Assembly: GCA_016791115.1 (NCBI GenBank)
Contig: JAEUNL010000016.1
Coordinates: forward strand, 36,878 to 100,877
Reading direction: 5' to 3'
Source: Rhodocyclaceae bacterium
GTDB lineage: Bacteria; Pseudomonadota; Gammaproteobacteria; Burkholderiales; Rhodocyclaceae
Length of the DNA stretch: 64,000 nucleotides
Below the pieces are notes generated by a model. It saw only the letters and a program-made list of their open reading frames with translations, was not told the DNA's origin and did not search any database. A program made the position numbers and the translations under genes. Within the stretch, counting starts at the first letter, position 1; every line of letters begins with the position of its first letter. This document shows positions 21,996 to 29,784 of the stretch, one piece after another.

Positions 21996-23708
21996 ATGAA
22001 CGCCCCGACGAACCCGAGCCGCCGACCGCTGGGCCAGGTGCTGATTGCGCAAGGCGTGATCAGCGAGGACCAATTGCGCATCGCGTTGCTGGAACAGGGC
22101 AAATCGAACCTGCCGATCGGACGCCTGCTCGTCACGCTGGGCTTCGTATCCGAAGCCACGTTGCGCGAAGCGCTGTCGCAAACGCTGGGAAAGCGCAGCG
22201 TCGACGTATCGAGCGCGATCGTCGACCCGGCTGCGCTGCAACTGGTTCCGCGCGAACTCGCCAAGCGCCTGCGCCTGCTGCCGATGAGTTTTGATGCCGG
22301 AATGCGCCAACTGCAGATCGCGCTTGCCGACGTCAACGACATCGTCGCACTCGACAAACTGCGCGGCGTCCTGCCCGAGGATGTCGAGATCGAGACCGTG
22401 CTGGCCGGCGAGTCCGAGATCGCCCGCGCCATCGACCAGCACTACGGCCACGAACTCTCGATCGACGGCATCCTGACCGAGATCGAAACCGGCGAAATCG
22501 ACTACCGCGGGCTAGCTGCGCTGACCGACGAATACTCGCAGCCGGTCGTGCGCCTGATCGATGCACTGCTCACCGATGCGGTGAAACGCGACGCCTCCGA
22601 CATCCATTTCGAGCCAGAAGGCAGCTTCCTGCGCATCCGTTACCGCATCGACGGACTGCTGCGCCAGATCCGCGCCCTGCACAAGAGCTACTGGCCCGCG
22701 ATGGCGGTGCGCATCAAGGTCATGGCCAACCTCAATATCGCCGAGACGCGCGCACCGCAGGATGGCCGCATCTCGCTGAACATCAGCGGACGCCCGGTGG
22801 ATTTCCGCGTCAGCGCGCAGCCAACGATCCATGGCGAGAACATCGTGCTGCGGATCCTCGATCGCCAGAAGGGCATCGTCGCGCTGGACGACCTCGGGCT
22901 GTCCGAGCACCAGCTCGACATGCTCAAGCTGATGATCGCGCGGCCGGAAGGCATCGTGCTCGTGACCGGACCCACCGGCAGCGGCAAGACGACCACGCTC
23001 TACTCGATCCTCAACCACATCAGCTACGAGGGCATCAACATCATGACCCTCGAGGATCCGGTCGAATACCCGATGGCGATGATTCGCCAGACCTCGGTGG
23101 CGGAAGCCTCCAAGCTCGATTTCGCGAACGGCGTGCGGTCGATGATGCGCCAGGATCCCGACGTCATCCTGGTCGGCGAGATCCGTGATTCGGACACGGC
23201 GGAGATGGCATTCCGCGCGGCGATGACCGGCCACCAAGTATTCTCGACGCTACACACGAATTCCGCGATCGGCGTGATTCCGCGTCTGCTCGACATCGGC
23301 ATCCTTCCGGACATCATGGCCGGCAATATCATCGGGGTCGTCGCGCAGCGGCTGGTGCGCCGCCTGTGTCCGCACTGCCGCGAACCCTATATCGCCGATC
23401 CGATCGAGACGAGGCTGATCGGCATCTCGAGCGACCGCCCGGTGCATACGCTGTATCGCGCCGTCGGTTGCGACCGCTGCGACTATCAGGGCTACCGCGG
23501 ACGCCTCGCGGTGATGGAACTGATGCGCATGGACGCAGATCTCGATGAACTGATCGCACGCCGCGCGACCTTTCGCGAGATCCGCAATGCCGCGCGCGCC
23601 AAGGGCTTCCGCTCGCTCGCGGAGGACGGCATGCGTCGCGTGCTCGAGGGCGTCACCTCGCTCGAGGAGGTCGGTCGCGTCGTCGATCTAACAGAGCGGA
23701 TGGGCTGA
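21996..23708 (+). CDS. GspE/PilB/MshE-family secretion ATPase with an MshEN-like N-terminal domain
   Basis: The 570-aa ORF has Walker A (GPTGSGKTTT), Asp box, Walker B and His box, and a tetracysteine pattern (CPHC...CDRC). The N-terminus carries tandem 24-residue repeats resembling the MshEN c-di-GMP motif. Confidence 0.93.
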   Translation: MNAPTNPSRRPLGQVLIAQGVISEDQLRIALLEQGKSNLPIGRLLVTLGFVSEATLREALSQTLGKRSVDVSSAIVDPAALQLVPRELAKRLRLLPMSFDAGMRQLQIALADVNDIVALDKLRGVLPEDVEIETVLAGESEIARAIDQHYGHELSIDGILTEIETGEIDYRGLAALTDEYSQPVVRLIDALLTDAVKRDASDIHFEPEGSFLRIRYRIDGLLRQIRALHKSYWPAMAVRIKVMANLNIAETRAPQDGRISLNISGRPVDFRVSAQPTIHGENIVLRILDRQKGIVALDDLGLSEHQLDMLKLMIARPEGIVLVTGPTGSGKTTTLYSILNHISYEGINIMTLEDPVEYPMAMIRQTSVAEASKLDFANGVRSMMRQDPDVILVGEIRDSDTAEMAFRAAMTGHQVFSTLHTNSAIGVIPRLLDIGILPDIMAGNIIGVVAQRLVRRLCPHCREPYIADPIETRLIGISSDRPVHTLYRAVGCDRCDYQGYRGRLAVMELMRMDADLDELIARRATFREIRNAARAKGFRSLAEDGMRRVLEGVTSLEEVGRVVDLTERMG

Positions 23709-24910
23709 TGCCGGTCTTCGCATACAAGGCTGTCGACGCGGGGGGCCGCACCGTGCGCGGCGAACTCGACGCAATCAATCTCGTCGACCTCGAGATGCGC
23801 CTCAAACGCATGGATCTCGATTTCATCAACGGCGAGACGATCAAGCGGAGCAACCTGCTCCAGGGCGCGCCGATCGGACGGCGCGACCTGATCAACTTCT
23901 GCTTTCACATGGAACAGTTGACGCGATCCGGCGTGCCGATCCTCGATGCGCTTTCCGACCTGCGGGACAGCACCGAGCAGCCGCGCCTGCGCGAAATCCT
24001 CGCCAGCGTGATCGAAAGCATCGAGGGCGGACGCACCCTGTCCCAGGCAATGAACGAACACCCGAAGGTATTCGATGGTGTCTTCTGCAGCCTGATCCGC
24101 GCCGGCGAGAGCACCGGCAACCTTCCCGACGTGCTGCTGAACATCAGCGAATCGCTCAAGCGCGACGACGAACTCGCCGCCCACACCAAGAAGCTTCTGA
24201 TATACCCGCTGATCGTGACGCTGCTGATTCTCGCGGCAATGGGCGTGGCAATGGTCTTCGTCGTGCCGGAACTCGCCAAGCTGTTCCAGAGCTTCGGCCG
24301 GCAGCTGCCCTTGCACACGCGGGCTCTGGTGGCGGTTTCCCAGTTCGTGGCGCGATACTGGATGGTCATCGCGGTCACGATGGCAGGGATCGTCGGCACC
24401 GTCGCCTTTACCGTCCATACACAGCCGTCGGCCCGCTTCCGGTTCGACGAACTCAAGTTGCGGCTGCCGCTCGTCGGTCCGATCCTGCGCAAGATCATCC
24501 TCGCGCGATTCGCGGGCGCATTCGCCATGATGTATGCATCTGGAATCGCTATCACCGATGCAATTCGCGCCTCCGAGGACATCGCCGGCAATGCGGTACT
24601 GCGCGAGGGACTGCATCGCGTCGGCAACCTGATCGCAGAGGGGCAGAACGTCTCGACCGCGTTCCAGAACACCGGCCTGTTCCCGCCGCTCGTGGTGCGC
24701 ATGCTGCGCGTTGGGGAGAACACCGGGGCGCTCGACAGCGCGATGAAGAACGTGACCTACTTCTACAATCGCGACGTGCGCGAATCGATCGAGCGCGCCC
24801 AGGCGGTCGTACCTTCCGTTCTGGTCGTGCTGCTCGGCGGCCTGCTTCTGATCGTGATCATCTCGGTCCTCGGGCCCGTTTACGACGTCATCACCAAACT
24901 GCCGACCTGA
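23708..24910 (+). CDS. GspF/PilC/MshG-family inner-membrane platform protein
   Basis: The 400-aa ORF has a duplicated GspF domain pattern (FCFHMEQLTRSGVPILDAL...; FAGAFAMMYASGIAITDAI...). Its start overlaps the ATPase stop. Confidence 0.92.
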   Translation: MPVFAYKAVDAGGRTVRGELDAINLVDLEMRLKRMDLDFINGETIKRSNLLQGAPIGRRDLINFCFHMEQLTRSGVPILDALSDLRDSTEQPRLREILASVIESIEGGRTLSQAMNEHPKVFDGVFCSLIRAGESTGNLPDVLLNISESLKRDDELAAHTKKLLIYPLIVTLLILAAMGVAMVFVVPELAKLFQSFGRQLPLHTRALVAVSQFVARYWMVIAVTMAGIVGTVAFTVHTQPSARFRFDELKLRLPLVGPILRKIILARFAGAFAMMYASGIAITDAIRASEDIAGNAVLREGLHRVGNLIAEGQNVSTAFQNTGLFPPLVVRMLRVGENTGALDSAMKNVTYFYNRDVRESIERAQAVVPSVLVVLLGGLLLIVIISVLGPVYDVITKLPT

Positions 24911-24911
24911 G

Positions 24912-26453
24912 ATGGCCCAGCAACGCATCCTGATAATCGATTCGACGCAGGTCGAAGTCTGGCACGCGCACGGGGGCCACCTGACCTTCGAGTCGCGCCA
25001 CGCCAGCACCGAGGATGGCCATGCCTCGTTCGACCGCTACGTTCGCGCACACGTCAAGAGCCGCTTCTACCTGCTGACGGACGTCGTAGAGGAAGGCTTT
25101 CAGTTCGAAACCATACCCGCCGTCTCGGGCGCCGATCGCAAGGCCCTGATCACGCGACGGCAGGCGCAGTACTTCTACGGATCGCCGCTGACAACCGCAG
25201 TTTCGCTCGGACGTGAAAGCGGCGGCCGGCGCGATGAGCGGATCCTCTTTGCCGGACTGACGCGCCCCGCGATCTTCGAGCCCTGGCTCGCGATCCTGCG
25301 CAAGGGCGAGGCACAGGTGGCCGGGCTGTGGTCCACCCCGCTGCTCGCCCCCGCGCTGCTCCGCGCCATCGCACCGAACGTGCGGCGCGCGTTGCTGGTC
25401 AGCCTCGGGCGAGGCGGCATCCGCCAGACCTACGTCGAGGACGGCAAGCTGCGCTTCTCGCGGCTCGCACCCGCACCAGGCAACTCCGCCGGGGACTTGG
25501 CCGCCGCCTGCGAGGCGGAATCGGCCAAGATCTACCAGTACCTTGCCGGGCAACGCATCGTGCCGCGCGGCAGCGTGCTGCCGGTGCTGGTTCTCGTCCA
25601 TGCGACGCAGCGCAGCGTGTTCGACCGCCACCTTCGCAGCAGCGACGAGCTCGAGTTCGTCGCTACGGACATCCAGCGCGCCGCCGAGGCGGTCGGACAG
25701 CGCGACCCGCAGACGGACTCGTTCGCGACTGCGCTGTTCGCGCATGCCTTGCTTCGCAATCAGCCGCAGGAACAATTTGCCCCACCGGACGAACAGCGCT
25801 TCGACTTGCTCGGCCGCGTCCGCATCGGGTTGATGGGAATCGGCGGCCTGGCGCTCGCCGGTTGCCTCGTTTTTGCCGGCAAGCAGATGCTCGAAACGAT
25901 GACCTTGCGCAACCAGAACGAAATCACCACCACACAGGCCAGCGCCGACCTGGTGCGCTACCAGAACCTGCTCGCCGCGCTGCCTCCCATGCCCGCCAGT
26001 GCGACGGAACTGCGCGGCCTCGTCGGGCGCTACCGCGAGGTCGAGCGCGCGACCGCATCCCCGGAACCGCTGTTGGGCGAAATCAGCCGCGCGATGGACG
26101 CAATGCCGCAGATCGAGGTGGATCGCATCGACTGGTCGATCAGCGATACGCCCGACCCGCAGCCGGGCACCCCGGAGGCGCGCGGTCTCCTCGTTGGACT
26201 GGAAAAGCCGGGCACCGCCTTTGCCGTGGCAACCGTCTTCGGCCACCTCGCCGGCAACGTGTCGTCGAGTCAGCGCGTGCAGATCGAAGCCGTCAACGCC
26301 TTCGCCGAGGAACTCGGGCGCAAGGAGGGGCTGCTGGTCACTGTGGTGCGCATGCCGGTGGACGTCGAATCGCAACGCGCATTGCGCAGCGATGCCGGCA
26401 GCGGATCGGACCTGGCGCGCTTCGCGGTGCGCGTAGCAAGGAAACTCGAATGA
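24912..26453 (+). CDS. bitopic assembly protein of unknown family; architecture like GspL/MshI or a PilM-PilN fusion
   Basis: The 513-aa ORF has a cytoplasmic domain of about 300 aa, one TM segment (IGLMGIGGLALAGCLVFAG) and a periplasmic domain of about 190 aa. It starts 2 nt after the platform gene stop. The assignment rests on architecture and context only. Confidence 0.6.
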   Translation: MAQQRILIIDSTQVEVWHAHGGHLTFESRHASTEDGHASFDRYVRAHVKSRFYLLTDVVEEGFQFETIPAVSGADRKALITRRQAQYFYGSPLTTAVSLGRESGGRRDERILFAGLTRPAIFEPWLAILRKGEAQVAGLWSTPLLAPALLRAIAPNVRRALLVSLGRGGIRQTYVEDGKLRFSRLAPAPGNSAGDLAAACEAESAKIYQYLAGQRIVPRGSVLPVLVLVHATQRSVFDRHLRSSDELEFVATDIQRAAEAVGQRDPQTDSFATALFAHALLRNQPQEQFAPPDEQRFDLLGRVRIGLMGIGGLALAGCLVFAGKQMLETMTLRNQNEITTTQASADLVRYQNLLAALPPMPASATELRGLVGRYREVERATASPEPLLGEISRAMDAMPQIEVDRIDWSISDTPDPQPGTPEARGLLVGLEKPGTAFAVATVFGHLAGNVSSSQRVQIEAVNAFAEELGRKEGLLVTVVRMPVDVESQRALRSDAGSGSDLARFAVRVARKLE

Positions 26454-27061
26454 ATCCGGGGTTGATATTCCGCCATGTCCGCTGGGCGCTGCTCGCCCTC
26501 GTGCTCATGCTGGCCGCCGGCACGGCAGCGGTTCACTTTTCCACCGGTTTCCGCGAACAGGCCATCGCCGCTCAACACGCCGCGATGGCGGCCCGCGCCG
26601 ACGCGCAGGGCAAGCTGTCGCGCGCCCGCGAGGAAGAGCAGGAACTGCGCGCGAGCGCCGCACGCCACGACGAATTGCGCCGCCACGGCATACTCGGCGA
26701 GGAACGCCGGCTGGACTGGGTGGAGCGCATGCGGACGATACGCGACACCCGCCGCATCCACGACCTGCGTTACGAGATTGCGCCGCAAAAGGCGTTGTCG
26801 GCACCGGCCGGCGGCCGTTACCAGTTCATGGCCAGCTCGATGCGATTGAGCCTGCTATTGCTGCACGAGGAAGATCTGCTGCGCGTGCTGCACGACTTGC
26901 GCGAGGACGTGTCGGCGCATGTGCGCACGCGCCGGTGCAGTGTGGAACGCCTGCCCGCGCCGGTCCAGCAATCCGCCACGGTCGCCCCGCAACTCAAGGC
27001 GGAATGCGAACTCGACTGGATCACCGTGCGTGACATGCAGCCAGGCGGGGCAAAGCCATGA
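26450..27061 (+). CDS. bitopic protein, GspM/PilO/MshJ-like by architecture
   Basis: This is the 3' part of track ORF 25328..27061. The ATG at 26450 overlaps the upstream stop in an ATGA. The product (MNPGLIFRHVRWALLALVLMLAAGTAAV) has a TM segment, a coiled coil and a small periplasmic domain. Total length is 203 aa. Confidence 0.55.
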   Translation: MNPGLIFRHVRWALLALVLMLAAGTAAVHFSTGFREQAIAAQHAAMAARADAQGKLSRAREEEQELRASAARHDELRRHGILGEERRLDWVERMRTIRDTRRIHDLRYEIAPQKALSAPAGGRYQFMASSMRLSLLLLHEEDLLRVLHDLREDVSAHVRTRRCSVERLPAPVQQSATVAPQLKAECELDWITVRDMQPGGAKP

Positions 27062-27489
27062 ACCGCCACGCGCGGTGCATCGCACTGTTGGCCATCGCGC
27101 TGGCGGGACCGCTGTTCGCGGCCGATCCGGCCCCGCTGGGCCGCCTGTTCTTCACACCCGAAAAACGCGCCGAACTGGACCGCGAGCGCAGTCTGGGCCA
27201 GCGCCAGACGCAGCAGATCGAGTCGGCGGACGTAAGCCTCGAAGGCATCGTGCGCCGAAGCAGCGGCCGCAACACCGTCTGGCTCAACGGCAGACCGCAC
27301 GACATGGGCCATCCGCGCGACGGCATCCTGGTCAACGTCGGGCCGGATGCAACGACCGCGCGCGTGCGCATCGGCGACGACGCGCCGGCCGATCTCCGCG
27401 TCGGCGAGTCGATCAACCGCGGCACCGGCGAGCGGCGCAGCGGATTGGGCAACGGCCAGGTCAGCGCGCAACGCGCCGGCCGGCCCTGA
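27058..27489 (+). CDS. small secreted protein, PilP/MshK-like by position
   Basis: The 143-aa ORF has a signal peptide (MNRHARCIALLAIALAGPLFAADP). Its start overlaps the upstream stop in an ATGA. Confidence 0.5.
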   Translation: MNRHARCIALLAIALAGPLFAADPAPLGRLFFTPEKRAELDRERSLGQRQTQQIESADVSLEGIVRRSSGRNTVWLNGRPHDMGHPRDGILVNVGPDATTARVRIGDDAPADLRVGESINRGTGERRSGLGNGQVSAQRAGRP

Positions 27490-27497
27490 GGCTGCGC

Positions 27498-28709
27498 ATG
27501 CCCGGCGGCACGCACCCGCGCCGCAACCACGGCTATGCGCTTCTCGCGCTGGTTACCCTGCTTGGATTGTTCACGCTGTTGGCCGTCGTACGTTTCGTGC
27601 GCGTCGCGGGCGCAGACCAGAATGCGGTGGAACACGATTCGGCGGTGTTGAACCAGGCCAAGGAGGCATTGCTGGGATACGCAGCCACGTACCGCGATAC
27701 GCACGCCTCCATTCCGCCGCCGAGCGTCGGCTTCCTGCCTTGTCCGGCCAGCGACGGCAACGGATCCGCAGCGGGGGCGTGCTCGGTCCAGGGCTCCGCG
27801 GTAGCGGGAATGCTTCCGTTCCGCACCCTGAGCCTGCCCGATCTTCGTGACTCCCGAGGTGAATGCCTTTGGTATGCGGTCGCGGGAACGGCGAAGAACT
27901 CGCCCAGCCTGCTGCAATTCAACTGGGACGTGCAGGGACAGTTCGTGATCCGCGACGCCAACGGCAACCCCCTGGCAACGGCCCCCAACAGCGCAGACGG
28001 CGGCCCGGTCGCGGCGATCATCGCAGTCGGCCCGCCGATCGGCGCGCAATCGCGCGCCAGGGCATCGACTACATGCGGCCACACGCCTGTCCTGGCGCAG
28101 TTCATCGAGGGTGGCCCCGTCTTCCCGAACGCCGGCATCGTCGACCTGCGCAGCGGCGCGGCAGGCAGCCAGACGGCGAACGACCGCGTAGTCTGGATCA
28201 CCGGCAAGGAGTTGTTCGACCGCATCGACAAGCGCGCAGACTTTGCCCCGATGCTCAACGGCCTGATCGACGAAATGGCAAGCTGCCTCGGCTACGGCCT
28301 GCCGGCGCCGGTCTCACCGAGCACGACATTCGGTACCAATACGTTCGGCATTGTCCCGAACGTGACGACGAGCGGCACACCGAGCATCTGCCCGCCTTCC
28401 GGCGTTTCGGTGAATACCGACCAGATCCAACTGTGGCGCAACTGGCGCGAGTTGTTCCGCTATATGCGCTGCGGGGGCGGCACCCAGTGCGCAACGGTCA
28501 ATGCGGCAGCCTGCCGCGGCGTGCTGATCTTCGGCGGCAAGCGCGCAAGCGGGCAGAGCCGCGCCACGGTGACGGACAAGGCCAGCGCAGGAAATTATCT
28601 CGAAGGCACCATTCTGGGAACCTGGACGGCCGGCGGACTCCACTACGTCGGGCCGGGCGTGTACGATCCCGCCTCGCCTGCCAACGACGTGGTCCGCTGC
28701 CTCAACTGA
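27498..28709 (+). CDS. large Cys-rich pilin-like or minor-pseudopilin-like protein with a non-canonical N-terminus
   Basis: This is the 3' part of track ORF 26919..28709, from the ATG at 27498. The product (MPGGTHPRRNHGYALLALVTLLGLFTLLAVV) has a hydrophobic N-terminal helix after a Gly but no Glu at +5. It is 403 aa with many Cys residues. It shares an EALLG[YF]A...LPCPA motif with the next gene. Confidence 0.55.
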   Translation: MPGGTHPRRNHGYALLALVTLLGLFTLLAVVRFVRVAGADQNAVEHDSAVLNQAKEALLGYAATYRDTHASIPPPSVGFLPCPASDGNGSAAGACSVQGSAVAGMLPFRTLSLPDLRDSRGECLWYAVAGTAKNSPSLLQFNWDVQGQFVIRDANGNPLATAPNSADGGPVAAIIAVGPPIGAQSRARASTTCGHTPVLAQFIEGGPVFPNAGIVDLRSGAAGSQTANDRVVWITGKELFDRIDKRADFAPMLNGLIDEMASCLGYGLPAPVSPSTTFGTNTFGIVPNVTTSGTPSICPPSGVSVNTDQIQLWRNWRELFRYMRCGGGTQCATVNAAACRGVLIFGGKRASGQSRATVTDKASAGNYLEGTILGTWTAGGLHYVGPGVYDPASPANDVVRCLN

Positions 28710-28713
28710 TGCC

Positions 28714-29535
28714 ATGAGCGACCGCCCACTCCGACCCGCCCCTCGTGCTGGAAATCGCGGCTTCACGCTCGCCGAGATGGCGGTCGTGTTGTTCATCATC
28801 GTGCTGCTGGTGGGCGGTTTGCTGGTTCCGCTGGCGGCGCAGGTCGAGGCGCGCAAGGTCGCCGAGACGCGCCGCACCCTGGCCGACATCGGCGAGGCAT
28901 TACTTGGCTTTGCAGTCTCGCAGGGACGCCTTCCCTGCCCGGCAGCCGGAGGCGCCACCGGAGTGGAAGCGCCCGCCGGCGGCGGCACCTGCACCAACCC
29001 TTACGATGGCTTCGTGCCCGGCGTGACGCTCGGCATCACGCCAACCGACGATGCCGGCTACGTGATCGACGCATGGGGGCAGCGCATCCGCTACGCGGTC
29101 AGCCGCGATCCGACCAGTGGAACCATGTCGTCCAACGCCGCCAGCACGCCCCGCTGGAGCTTCACATCGACCAACGGCATGCGCAATACCGTGGCGAATG
29201 CGGGCTGCACCACCGGCATCGCCTGCCTGCATCCGGATCTCCACATCTGCTCGACCGGCAGCGCAAGCGCCCAGCAGACGTGCGCCGGCACGCTGCTGGC
29301 GGACAGCGCCGTCGCCGTCTGGTACTCGCTTGGCAGAAACGGTGTGACCGGCGGAACCGGCACCGACGAATCCCAGAATCCGAACCCGAATTTCGCCTAC
29401 GCCAACGACCGCGTGTTCCTCAGCCACGAACCCACGGCTGCCGGCGCCAGCGGCGGCGAGTTCGACGACATCGTGAGCTGGCTCTCGCCCAACGTGCTCT
29501 ACAGCCGCATGATCGCCGCCGGCCGCCTGCCTTGA
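28714..29535 (+). CDS. prepilin-type N-terminal cleavage/methylation domain protein (large pilin or pseudopilin, 273 aa)
   Basis: MSDRPLRPAPRAGNRG|FTLAEMAVVLFIIVLLVGG is a canonical G-FTLxE class III signal. The C-terminus has FDDIVSWLSPNVLYSRMIAAGRLP. Confidence 0.8.
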   Translation: MSDRPLRPAPRAGNRGFTLAEMAVVLFIIVLLVGGLLVPLAAQVEARKVAETRRTLADIGEALLGFAVSQGRLPCPAAGGATGVEAPAGGGTCTNPYDGFVPGVTLGITPTDDAGYVIDAWGQRIRYAVSRDPTSGTMSSNAASTPRWSFTSTNGMRNTVANAGCTTGIACLHPDLHICSTGSASAQQTCAGTLLADSAVAVWYSLGRNGVTGGTGTDESQNPNPNFAYANDRVFLSHEPTAAGASGGEFDDIVSWLSPNVLYSRMIAAGRLP

Positions 29536-29784
29536 GCGAACCGCGCCCACGCCAGGACCCGCATGGACTGGCGCTCCTGGCACGGCATGTCCGGTAACGC
29601 GCATGGGATGGTCGTTTTCAGGCATGCCGCCCGGTAACGTCCGGTCCATGCGGCTCACGGGGCATCGCGCTGCGCCGGCGATACGGGATCGCCGGGATTG
29701 ACCGGCCACGTTCCTTGCAGCGACACTTGAGTTCCGTCGCATAATGCCGACAAGGTAGTGTTACACCCGCGGAGCAAGACCGAT

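Noticed and set aside
26208-26226. GGGCAC-CGCCT-TTGCC, a sigma-54-like sequence.
   Set aside because: It lies inside the 513-aa CDS, about 225 nt before the next gene. That next gene is translationally coupled to this one through an ATGA overlap. An internal promoter is not needed, and the first base of the -24 element is wrong.
29578-29593. TGGCAC-GGCAT-GTCCG as a sigma-54 promoter for the cyclase gene.
   Set aside because: The -24 hexamer is perfect, but the -12 element (GTCC) lacks the required TTGC/GC. The site is also about 190 nt from the ATG. It is probably a chance TGGCAC.
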